Shown in pieces: positions 1-7,844 of a stretch of DNA of 64,000 bases. The stretch is from positions 5,952-69,951 of the forward strand of contig JAILEU010000137.1 of NCBI GenBank assembly GCA_024697785.1, written 5' to 3'. The notes under the pieces are model-generated. The model worked only from the letters and a program-made list of their open reading frames with translations. It had not been told where the DNA came from and made no database searches. The stretch comes from Bacteroidaceae bacterium. Its GTDB lineage: Bacteria > Bacteroidota > Bacteroidia > Bacteroidales > Bacteroidaceae. Position 1 is the first letter of the stretch, and every line of letters begins with the position of its first letter. Position numbers and translations under genes: made by a program.

Positions 1-875
1 GTGGTGGCCTCGTCGTAGATGGCCTGCGCAGCCGTCAGGGCTTCCATCAGGGCACTGAGCTCATCGACGGCGTCGTCGTTGTCCTGGTATTTCTCGAAGA
101 CGGCCTGATAGTTTGCGATGGAGGCGAGAAGGTTTTCGTAAGTGGCGACGGAGGCGGCACAGTCGGCCAGGCAAGCCGTGAGTGCGGCATTGGCGGCGAT
201 GATGTCCTCGGTGCTATGGTACTCAGCCGTTTCGCCAAAGAGGATGTATTCGGCACGTGTCATCGCTGCCACCAGGGCTTCCCAGACGCTCTTCTGCATC
301 TTCGTATCTCCATGGTAGTCGACAGCCTCGAGGTTGGCCTTCAGCGTGAGGATGGCGACGGCACGCTCCTGCTCGACCTCGGCATTGCCGTAGAAGAAGA
401 GCTGGGCATTGTCCCATGCAATCCAGTTGGCGTCGGTGCTCTCGGTCTTGAAGCCGAGGGTGAGGGAGCCGTCGGTGACGGTGGTCATGACGTAGAAGCG
501 CTCGGGGGCTCCGTCGCCGGTGGAGCAGGCGACGGCATCGCCGTTGGCATAGAGGGAGACGCCGCTGACGCCGGCGAGGTTGCCGCTCTGCTGGCAGGCG
601 ATGACGGCTGCCGAGAAGAGATAGACGCCGTTATCGACGCTGATGGTGGTGTGGATGTCGATGTCGTCGAGATAGGCCTCGGCCGAGCTGGTGGAGGACT
701 TCCACTGCTCGATGAAGTTGCCGGAGAAGAGGGCGTAGTTCGTCCCGCGGTTATTGATTTTGAAACCGCTGTTTGTCCAATTGGCAACAGCTTCCATGCC
801 GGGGTCGGCAATCATGGTGGTCACATCCTGGCCAATCTCAACAGCTGCGCGAGCGCCCAGGAGCGACAGGGCCAT
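1..875 (-). CDS. hypothetical secreted protein, partial (3' end lies beyond the window edge)
   Basis: The minus-strand frame is open from the window edge up to ATG 873-875 (GTG 882-884 is an alternative). It is absent from the ORF track because no stop lies inside the window. Hand translation gives ..RKIFTLVGLMALSLLGARAAVEIGQDVTTM.., a signal-peptide-like N-terminus. Codon usage is GC3-rich like the neighbours. An ATG at 904-906 is one nt out of frame. Confidence 0.55.
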   Translation of the reverse strand, partial: MALSLLGARAAVEIGQDVTTMIADPGMEAVANWTNSGFKINNRGTNYALFSGNFIEQWKSSTSSAEAYLDDIDIHTTISVDNGVYLFSAAVIACQQSGNLAGVSGVSLYANGDAVACSTGDGAPERFYVMTTVTDGSLTLGFKTESTDANWIAWDNAQLFFYGNAEVEQERAVAILTLKANLEAVDYHGDTKMQKSVWEALVAAMTRAEYILFGETAEYHSTEDIIAANAALTACLADCAASVATYENLLASIANYQAVFEKYQDNDDAVDELSALMEALTAAQAIYDEAT

Positions 876-1105
876 CAGGCCCACGAGGGTAAAGATTTTC
901 TTCATGTAATTAGGTTTTAATGATGAATTTGGGGGGACAAAGTTAGTGCAAGCCGAGAGAAAAAGCAAATATAAATGCGTTTTTCCGAGGCGCCGCCTAA
1001 CTTAAACGGGATTTTTCCCGTTAAAGGTATAATAAATTTAGGAATTAGGTATTAGGTATTAGGAATTATTTTGTACTTTTGCCGACGGAAAGAACAATTT
1101 TTATA

Positions 1106-1140
1106 CAGGAGTGCAGGAGTACAGGAGTTCAGGAGTTCAG
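1106..1140. repeat. tandem 8-bp word repeat CAGGAGTK (about 4 units)
   Basis: caggagtgcaggagtacaggagttcaggagttcag, read directly. Confidence 0.9.
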
Positions 1141-1301
1141 ACAAATGTTTTGCTGCTAGGTTGTTGAACGATGATGATAATGAAAATGATAACAATTACC
1201 TGATTGCGCCGAAGGCGCTTGTCTGCGACGCTACGTGAATGTCCGTGAATAATTCGTGAATGTCCGAAAATAATTCTTACCTCAGTCTTCAGACTTTTTT
1301 T

Positions 1302-1367
1302 AGGAGTGCAGGAGTGCAGGAGTTCAGGAGTTCAGGAGTTCGGGAGTGCAGGAGTGCAGGAGTGCAG
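1302..1367. repeat. tandem 8-bp word repeat AGGAGTKC (about 8 units)
   Basis: aggagtgcaggagtgcaggagttcaggagttcaggagttcgggagtgcaggagtgcaggagtgcag. Confidence 0.95.
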
Positions 1368-1410
1368 ACAATACCTTTGTATTCAACTACTCTTTTGAAT
1401 GACTTTTTTT

Positions 1411-1470
1411 CTTAACTCTTAATTCTTAATTCTTAACTAAAAAACAACTTTCAACTCTCAACTTTCAACT
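1411..1470. repeat. word arrays CTTAAYTC and TCAACTYTCAACT
   Basis: cttaactcttaattcttaattcttaac ... tcaactctcaactttcaact. The reverse complements of both words recur at 18779-18834 and 11073-11100. Confidence 0.9.
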
Positions 1471-1476
1471 AAATCA

Positions 1477-2328
1477 ATGAAGCATCTCGGTCCTCATGTC
1501 TCTGCCTCGGGGGGCGTTGAACAGGCCCCCGTCAATGCGCACGCCGTCGGCGCTACGGCTTTTGCGCTGTTTACGAAGAATCAGCGCCAATGGTTCTCGG
1601 CTCCTCTCGCGCAGAAGAGCATCGACGCCTTCAAACAACAGTGTGCCGACCTGGGGTATGGGCCGCAGTTCATCCTGCCTCACGACAGCTACCTCATCAA
1701 CCTGGGCCATCCGCAGCAGGAGGGGTTGGAGAAGTCGCGCGCCTCGTTCATCGACGAGCTGCACCGCTGCGAGCAGCTGGGGCTGACGATGCTGAACTTC
1801 CACCCGGGCAGCTCGCTGCGCGAGATCGGCGACGAGGCGTGCCTGGACCGCATCGCCGAGAGCATCAACCTCGCCCTCGACAAGACGCAGGGCGTCACCG
1901 CCGTCATCGAGAACACCGCCGGACAGGGGAGCAACATGGGCTACTCGTTCTACCACCTGGCGCACATAATAAATAAGGTAGAGGACAAGAGCCGTGTGGG
2001 CATCTGCATCGACACGTGCCACACGTTCACCGCGGGCTATGACCTGAAGGATGACTACGAGAACGTCTGGAAGGAGTTCGACGACGTTGTCGGCTTCGGC
2101 TACCTCCGCGCCATCCACCTCAACGACAGCATGAAACCGCTCGGCAGCCGCGTGGACCGCCACCACAGCATCGGACAGGGACTGCTGGGCATCGACTTCT
2201 TCCGCACCTTCATGCGCGACAAGCGCTTCAACGACATCCCCCTCATCCTCGAAACACCCGACGAAAACCTGTGGGCTGACGAGATAGAATTGCTACATTC
2301 GTTTGAGGGAGAGCAGATTAACGTTTAA
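1477..2328 (+). CDS. nfo: endonuclease IV (AP endonuclease, Nfo family)
   Basis: 283-aa ORF with Nfo TIM-barrel signatures along its full length: [42 protein letters not shown]. Confidence 0.95.
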   Translation: MKHLGPHVSASGGVEQAPVNAHAVGATAFALFTKNQRQWFSAPLAQKSIDAFKQQCADLGYGPQFILPHDSYLINLGHPQQEGLEKSRASFIDELHRCEQLGLTMLNFHPGSSLREIGDEACLDRIAESINLALDKTQGVTAVIENTAGQGSNMGYSFYHLAHIINKVEDKSRVGICIDTCHTFTAGYDLKDDYENVWKEFDDVVGFGYLRAIHLNDSMKPLGSRVDRHHSIGQGLLGIDFFRTFMRDKRFNDIPLILETPDENLWADEIELLHSFEGEQINV

Positions 2329-2472
2329 GGTTTAACGTTTAACGAGGTTTTGGTTTACCGTTTAACGTTTAATGTTTAACGAACACGTGGCGCCTTCGGC
2401 GCAATTGATAATTGATAATTGATAATTGATAATTTGGGGTTTAACGTTTAACGAGAACGATAACGTTTAACT
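2319..2472. repeat. GTTTAACG and AATTGATA word arrays with GCGCC-TTCG-GCGC hairpin (composite element copy A, left part)
   Basis: The array starts inside the last nfo codons (..attaacgtttaa). About 85% similar to 5043-5262 by eye. Confidence 0.9.
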
Positions 2473-2478
2473 TTTTGG

Positions 2479-2671
2479 GCGCCCCGAAGGGGCATAGAGA
2501 ACATAGCCCAGGGCAACGCCCTGGGTTTTTTCGGCCACACATCATTTCACGCCCTGAAAGGGCAAAAGCCTTGTTATTGAATGCTTTTGCCCTTTCAGGG
2601 CGATGGTTTCTTATGCCGTTTGTACCCAGGGCGTTGCCCTGGGCTGAGGGCTTGCTGCCCCTTCGGGGCGC
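2479..2671. repeat. about 190-bp composite palindrome of tetraloop hairpins (copy A)
   Basis: Left arm gccccgaaggggc / cccagggcaacgccctggg / cgccctgaaagggcaaaagc. It is mirrored as gcttttgccctttcagggcg / cccagggcgttgccctggg / gccccttcggggc. Confidence 0.9.
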
Positions 2672-2760
2672 TCCTTGAAATGGGATAATCAGGTTGCCTT
2701 GGGCTGGGGGCTTGCTGCCCCTTCGGGGCGCTCCTTGCAATGGGATAATCAGGTTGCCCT
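2641..2760. repeat. about 60-bp tandem duplication
   Basis: gggctgagggcttgctgccccttcggggcgctccttgaaatgggataatcaggttgcct is repeated at 2701-2760 with 3-4 substitutions. A third partial copy lies at about 2905-2950. Confidence 0.85.
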
Positions 2761-2776
2761 GGGCGCCCGTTCGGGT

Positions 2777-2890
2777 GGATTTGCAATCCAGCCGCCTTGA
2801 ATAGAGGGATTTACAATCCCTCACCATTAGCTCTGTCCTTTAGCTGGGGATTGCAAATCCCCTTCTCATCGCAGCCGGATTGCAAATCCG
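2777..2890. repeat. cluster of four TGCA-centred hairpins
   Basis: ggatttgcaatcc, gggatttacaatccc, ggggattgcaaatcccc, cggattgcaaatccg. Confidence 0.8.
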
Positions 2891-2978
2891 TCTGAACGAG
2901 TCCTTGCAATGGGATTATCAGGTTGCCCTGGGCTGAGGGCTTTTGCCCTTTGGGGCACTGGGGGATTTTGCCGTTTTT

Positions 2979-3842
2979 TTACGGCACGAGTGTCGTTTGA
3001 AAGAAGGCTACGGCTTGACGGATGAACTGGCGGCGGTGGCGGGTGATGGTGTGGTTGCCGCCCTCGACGAGGTGGAGGGTTGCGCGGTCGGAGCCATAGG
3101 CGGCTACGTATCGCTCGCTGCACCAGAGGGGGACGATGGTGTCCTTCGTGCCGTGAATGAGGCAGACGGGGCCGCGGTAGTGGGCTGCGGTGCCGTAGAT
3201 GTCGAGCGTCTGGGTGGTGAGCAGATAGTCGCGGCCGAGGGTGCGGAAGCCGCCGAAGAGCTTCAGCCGCTCGGGCGGGTCGGCAGGGTCGAAGGACTGC
3301 CAGAAGAAGCTGCCGCCCTGTGTGGCCTCCTTGATGACCGAGCCCGGGGCGATGAGCACCAAGCACTGAGGAACGGGGCCTCCGGCCTGTGCCAGCTGGC
3401 CGGCCAGCATGCTGGCGATGACACCTCCTTGAGAGTGGCCCAGCAGGCCCACGCACGAGACGTAGGGCAGCGTCTGCACATAGTCCCAGACGGCCTTTGC
3501 ATCGGCAATCTCGTTCGGCACCGTCATCGCCTCGGGCCGCCCCTCGCTGGCGCCGTGCCCGTCGAAGTCGAAGCGCAGGCTAGCGATGCCGGTCCGCGCC
3601 AGCGCCCGCGCCAGCTGGGGCATAGGCACATAGTCCTTGCGCGAGAAGATGCCGTGCATGAGGATGACCATCGGGCAGCGGTCGCGGGCGGTGTCGAAGT
3701 CGTCGGGCAGCGTCACCTTCATGGCCAGCCCGCCCTGCGGGCCGCGCACGACATAGTCGCGCGCAGCGGCAGGCAGGATGAAGAGAGCGGAGAGGAGAAC
3801 GAGCGCGAGGGGCGTCAGCCGGTGAGAGTGTGGACGCATCAC
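2979..3842 (-). CDS. secreted alpha/beta-fold hydrolase
   Basis: 287-aa ORF with an N-terminal signal peptide (LALVLLSALFILPAAA), a nucleophile elbow GHSQGG, an oxyanion-type ILMHG and a C-terminal GGNH histidine region. Confidence 0.8.
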   Translation of the reverse strand: MMRPHSHRLTPLALVLLSALFILPAAARDYVVRGPQGGLAMKVTLPDDFDTARDRCPMVILMHGIFSRKDYVPMPQLARALARTGIASLRFDFDGHGASEGRPEAMTVPNEIADAKAVWDYVQTLPYVSCVGLLGHSQGGVIASMLAGQLAQAGGPVPQCLVLIAPGSVIKEATQGGSFFWQSFDPADPPERLKLFGGFRTLGRDYLLTTQTLDIYGTAAHYRGPVCLIHGTKDTIVPLWCSERYVAAYGSDRATLHLVEGGNHTITRHRRQFIRQAVAFFQTTLVP

Positions 3843-3857
3843 GTGCTGGTCGGCCGC

Positions 3858-4853
3858 TTAACGTTTCACCTCAAGGATGTCCTCGGGGGCGTTGGGAGCC
3901 CAGGCGCCGTCCTTGGCCGTGAAGGTGACGGCCAGCTTGAAGGCCTCGACGGTGTGCCAGACGTTCTTGGGGATGTTGATGCCATAGACGCCCGAGTCGC
4001 CGCCCATATGGATGCGCTGGGCCTCGGTGCCGTCGTCGTTGTAGAGCACGACGTCCATCTTTCCCTTCAGCAGCAGCACCGTCTCGTTGGAGTGCTGGTG
4101 GCGGTGCACCTCGAGCTTGCTGCCGGGCAGCCAGACGTTGAGCATGCGCTGCGAGTCGTCCTCGGTGGTGTTGCGGAGGTCGTAGTTCATGCGCAGACGC
4201 GGAGTATCGTGAGCCTGCTGCTCGAGGAGGTCGAAGAGGGCGTTGTCCATGACGACCTGTTCGCCGAGGAACGAGGTGTCCATACCGTTGAAGAGGTCGA
4301 AGAGCTGTGCGCGTACGGCCTCGACGCCGCCGCACTCGCCCGACACCTCGCGATAGACGCCGGCCTGCTTGTAGTAGGCGATGAGGGGTTCGGTCTTCTT
4401 GTGATAGGTGACGATGCGGTTGGAGATGGTCTCGTCGCTGGCGTCGTCGGCGCGTCCCTCGACGGTGGCGCGGTGCTTGAGGCGCTCGCGGACGGTGGCG
4501 TCGGAGATCATGATGGAGATGACGGCGTTGACCTTCTCGCCCCGCTGGGCCAGCAGATGGTCGAGGTCCTCGGCCTGCTGCACGGTGCGGGGAAAGCCGT
4601 CGAGAAGGAAGCCCGCCACGCCCTTCGTGGTGTGGAACAGGTGTTCAATCATGCCCTCGACGACATAGTCGGGCACCAGGTTGCCGGCCTCGATGAGGTT
4701 CTTGGCCATTTTGCCCAGCTCGGTGCCGGCAGCAATCTCGCTGCGCAGCAGTTCGCCGGTGCTGACGTGTTTCAGGTTGTACTTCGAAGCGATGGCACCT
4801 GCGTGCGTGCCCTTGCCGGCCCCCGGAGGGCCAAAGAGAATGTAAAACTTCAT
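3858..4853 (-). CDS. adk: adenylate kinase fused to a C-terminal WbuC-like cupin domain
   Basis: 331-aa uninterrupted ORF. Residues 1 to about 190 are Adk (P-loop GPPGAGKG, LLDGFPRT, GRADD). Residues about 195-331 are a cupin barrel (EVHRHQHSNETVLLLKGKMDVVLY...NVWHTVEA) resembling the WbuC family. Confidence 0.85.
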   Translation of the reverse strand: MKFYILFGPPGAGKGTHAGAIASKYNLKHVSTGELLRSEIAAGTELGKMAKNLIEAGNLVPDYVVEGMIEHLFHTTKGVAGFLLDGFPRTVQQAEDLDHLLAQRGEKVNAVISIMISDATVRERLKHRATVEGRADDASDETISNRIVTYHKKTEPLIAYYKQAGVYREVSGECGGVEAVRAQLFDLFNGMDTSFLGEQVVMDNALFDLLEQQAHDTPRLRMNYDLRNTTEDDSQRMLNVWLPGSKLEVHRHQHSNETVLLLKGKMDVVLYNDDGTEAQRIHMGGDSGVYGINIPKNVWHTVEAFKLAVTFTAKDGAWAPNAPEDILEVKR

Positions 4854-4900
4854 ACGGTACGGTTATTGTTGTTGGGGATTAGGTTTTGTTTTTCCTGCCG

Positions 4901-4908
4901 CAAAGATA
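4901..4908 (-). promoter_or_regulatory. Bacteroidota -7 box TATCTTTG upstream of adk fusion gene
   Basis: Matches TAnnTTTG on the minus strand, 48 nt upstream of ATG 4853. Confidence 0.5.
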
Positions 4909-5042
4909 CACGTTTCAAACGAGGCGGGCGTCTTTTCGTTACACAGAAACAACAAAAAGGAGATATCTTTTCGCGAAATCGGCATTTTCAGGCGACGGCG
5001 CGCCCAACCTGCCACCTCGGGTTTGCAAAATGATAGCTTTTT

Positions 5043-5262
5043 TGGTTTAACGTTTAACGAGGTTTGGGTTTAACGTTTAACGAGGTTTTGGTTTAACGTT
5101 TAATGTTTAACGAACATGTCCTATGACTTGGGTTTAACGTTTAACGTTTAATGTTTAACGAACACGTCCGGCGCCTTCGGCGCAATTGATAATTGATAAT
5201 TGAAAAATGAAAATTTTGGGGTTTAACGTTTAACGATAACGAGAACGTTTAACGATTTATGT
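5043..5262. repeat. GTTTAACG and AATTGATA word arrays with GCGCC-TTCG-GCGC hairpin (composite element copy B, left part)
   Basis: Same word order as 2319-2472. Confidence 0.9.
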
Positions 5263-5451
5263 GCCCCGAAGGGGCAACGAGAACCCAGCCCAGGGCAACG
5301 CCCTGGGTATAATCAACCACACGTCATTCAGCGCCCTGAAAGGGCAAAAGCCTTCAATAACAATGCTTTTGCCCTTTCAGGGCGAAAGTACCACTGCTGT
5401 TTGTACCCAGGGTGTTGCCCTGGGCTGAGGGCTTTTGCCCCTTCGGGGCGC
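5263..5451. repeat. about 190-bp composite palindrome of tetraloop hairpins (copy B)
   Basis: Collinear with 2479-2671: same hairpins in the same order, with substitutions mostly in the spacers. Confidence 0.9.
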
Positions 5452-5630
5452 TCCTTCAAATGCGAGTATCATGTTGCCCTGGGCTATGTTCTCTATGCCC
5501 CTTCGGGGCGTGCATAGAGGGTAGGGGACGTTTTTGCTGATAATCCTGTAAAAAAAGGAGAAAATGGCTGAAAAAGAGCCGCAAAATGGTTAAAAAAGGG
5601 CTGATGTTTGGTAGGACGGAAGAAAAGCCG

Positions 5631-5638
5631 TATTTTTG
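5631..5638 (+). promoter_or_regulatory. -7 box TATTTTTG (with TTTG at 5607-5610) upstream of CotH gene
   Basis: TAnnTTTG 25 nt upstream of ATG 5663. A TTTG lies 20 nt further upstream, fitting the -33 element. Confidence 0.5.
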
Positions 5639-5662
5639 CCCGATTTTATGGAACGTAGTACC

Positions 5663-7711
5663 ATGCACCGACTCATATCACGCCTCATCGCCCTCACGCT
5701 GCTGTTCGTTGCCGCTACGCCCTTCATGCAGGGGCAGACAGCCGACACGCTCTTCGTCCAGACCTCCGACGAGACCTTCGACGCCTTCCCCCGCCGGCTG
5801 CTGCTGGACCAGCAGATCGACGCCGACGGCACGCTGACGCTGACGCTGGCCGACAGCGCCGAAATCACGTACACGAAAGACGACTACGTCGCCCTCGCCA
5901 CCACCGGCCCCGCCCTGCCCCGACTGACATCGTTCAAGTTCAACAACAAGTTCAACGACGAGATGCCCTACGACGCCGAGCCTCTGCTGGGCGCCCAGCC
6001 CGCCGACGGCGGAGACACCGGCCCCGGGCTGCCCGGCACCCTCACGTTCAGCGTCGCCTCCATCACCAAATGGCTCACCCCATCGTTCAAGACCGACACC
6101 GAGGGGGCCGAGGTCTATGTGGGTGACGAGCGTCAGGAGTCGAAGGTGAGCCGCCACCGCTTCGACGAGGACATCATCTACTCGACGTCGCTCAGCGGAT
6201 GCCGCCTGGCGCGGATGGGTGCCGACGGCACGTGCCGCATGGGACACTACGGACACGATTACAACGTCAGCGTGGAGTTTCTCACGGAGAGCGCCGGCGA
6301 CGTGCCGCGTATCGAGATTGACATCGACGGCAGGGTGTCGCGGGGACAGTCGTCGATGGGGACGCCCTACTATTATTATAACAGCAAGACGACGTTCGCG
6401 CGAGCCGCGTTCCGCCTCTACGGCAACGGCGTCTATGAGGACATGGAGGACAGCGTGTGGATCAAGGGACGCGGCAACAGCAGCTGGAGCTGGCCCAAGA
6501 AGCCCTACCGCCTGAAGTTCGACACGAAGGTGAAGCCCTTCGGGCTGACGGCCGGCAAGAACTGGGTGCTGCTCTCGAACTACCAGAGTAACTCGATGAT
6601 GGCCAACGCCATAGGCATGAAGGCCGCCCGCCTCGTCGGCACCAAAGCCGCCAACCACATCATCCCCGTGGACCTCTACGTGAACGGCAGCTACGCCGGC
6701 AGCTATAACTTCACCGAGAAGGTGGGCACGGGCAACAACAGCATCGATATCGACGAGGAGAACGGCGGCGTGCTGCTCGAACTCGACCAGTACTACGACG
6801 AGCCCAAGCGCTTCTACTCGGACATCTTCTACCTGCCCGTCAACGTCAAAGCCCCCGACCTCACCGAAGAGCCCTTCAAGGCCACCGCCACCGAGCGCCT
6901 CAACGCCATCAAGAAAGACTTCAACGCCTTCAGCCAGGCGCTCGACAAGCAGCTGGGCTACGAGTACAAGATGGACGTGGACGCCTTCGCCCGCTTCCTG
7001 ATGGTCAACGACCTCATCCTCAACTTCGAGATAGGCCACCCGAAGAGCACCTTCGTCTATAACGAGCACGTGGGCGAGGTGGAGTCGTCGTGGGTCTTCG
7101 GCCCCGTGTGGGACCTCGACTGGGCCTACGGCTACGAGAACTACCACGACTACTACGTGGGCAGCGCCAGCACGCCCCTCTTCAGCAAGGACACCAGCTT
7201 CGGCAACGGCACGCGCTTCTTCCGCGCCCTGCTGCAGAACAGCGAGCGGACGAAGAAAGCCTACTACCGCGTGTGGTACTACTTCATGCAGGACAGCTAC
7301 CAGGAGCTCATCGACTACATCCAGGACTACTTCGACTATGCCAGCCCCTCGTTCCAGAACAACGCCCAGCTGTGGTGGGACGGCTACTACTACGAGTACT
7401 ACCTGTCGGACATCCGCACGTGGCTCGACCGCCGCACCACGTGGATCATGAACAACATCGAGGTCTTCGACCTCTCGCAGCCTGAGCCCCAGCCCGTCGA
7501 CGCCATTCAGGACGTCTTCGAGAACCCCGACGAGTGCGTCGTCGTGGGCGGCGACGTGCTCACCATCCTCGCCCCCGTGCCACAGCACATCGACATCGTG
7601 GGCGCCAACGGCATACGCGTCCTCAGCCTTGACGTCGACGCCGGCACCACCACCGTGCCCCTCGACCCCGGCATCTACATCGTCAACCAGAAGAAAATCT
7701 TGATTAAATAG
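5663..7711 (+). CDS. CotH kinase-family protein with T9SS C-terminal sorting domain
   Basis: Signal peptide MHRLISRLIALTLLFVAATPFMQG. CotH core motifs: WIKGRGNSSWSWPKKPYRLKF, NWVLLSNYQSNSMM, VDLYVNGSYAGSYNFTEKV. The C-terminal about 70 aa ends GIYIVNQKKILIK, typical of Por/T9SS CTDs. Upstream starts at 5636 or 5648 are possible. Confidence 0.8.
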   Translation: MHRLISRLIALTLLFVAATPFMQGQTADTLFVQTSDETFDAFPRRLLLDQQIDADGTLTLTLADSAEITYTKDDYVALATTGPALPRLTSFKFNNKFNDEMPYDAEPLLGAQPADGGDTGPGLPGTLTFSVASITKWLTPSFKTDTEGAEVYVGDERQESKVSRHRFDEDIIYSTSLSGCRLARMGADGTCRMGHYGHDYNVSVEFLTESAGDVPRIEIDIDGRVSRGQSSMGTPYYYYNSKTTFARAAFRLYGNGVYEDMEDSVWIKGRGNSSWSWPKKPYRLKFDTKVKPFGLTAGKNWVLLSNYQSNSMMANAIGMKAARLVGTKAANHIIPVDLYVNGSYAGSYNFTEKVGTGNNSIDIDEENGGVLLELDQYYDEPKRFYSDIFYLPVNVKAPDLTEEPFKATATERLNAIKKDFNAFSQALDKQLGYEYKMDVDAFARFLMVNDLILNFEIGHPKSTFVYNEHVGEVESSWVFGPVWDLDWAYGYENYHDYYVGSASTPLFSKDTSFGNGTRFFRALLQNSERTKKAYYRVWYYFMQDSYQELIDYIQDYFDYASPSFQNNAQLWWDGYYYEYYLSDIRTWLDRRTTWIMNNIEVFDLSQPEPQPVDAIQDVFENPDECVVVGGDVLTILAPVPQHIDIVGANGIRVLSLDVDAGTTTVPLDPGIYIVNQKKILIK

Positions 7712-7713
7712 AA

Positions 7714-7812
7714 TTTACGATTTACGATTTACGATTTATTGACGATTTGACGATTGACGATTTATTTACGATTTGACGATTTGACGATTTACGATTTACG
7801 ATTTACGATTTA
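7714..7812. repeat. tandem word repeat TACGATT / TGACGATT (about 13 units)
   Basis: tttacgatttacgatttacgatttattgacgatttgacgattgacgatttatttacgatttgacgatttgacgatttacgatttacgatttacgattt. Confidence 0.95.
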
Positions 7813-7844
7813 GAAATAAGAACTATACAATATAAAATATAATA

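Noticed and set aside
216-920. A 234-aa plus-strand ORF, and many other long ORFs antisense to the genes called here (for example 2943-5033 +, 5678-7588 -, 7866-9785 -, 9891-12551 -, 20267-21676 +, 24253-25761 +, 31259-32416 +, 40520-42109 -).
   Set aside because: Their translations are Gly/Ala/Val/Asp/Arg/Pro-rich low complexity, typical of shadow frames in high-GC DNA. Each lies opposite an ORF with clear family motifs.
5090-5175. Possible invertible promoter (Bacteroides fin-type) around the GTTTAACGAACA(C/T)GTCC motifs upstream of the CotH cluster.
   Set aside because: The motifs are in direct, not inverted, orientation and differ from the ARACGTWCGT consensus as I recall it. No invertase gene is in the window.
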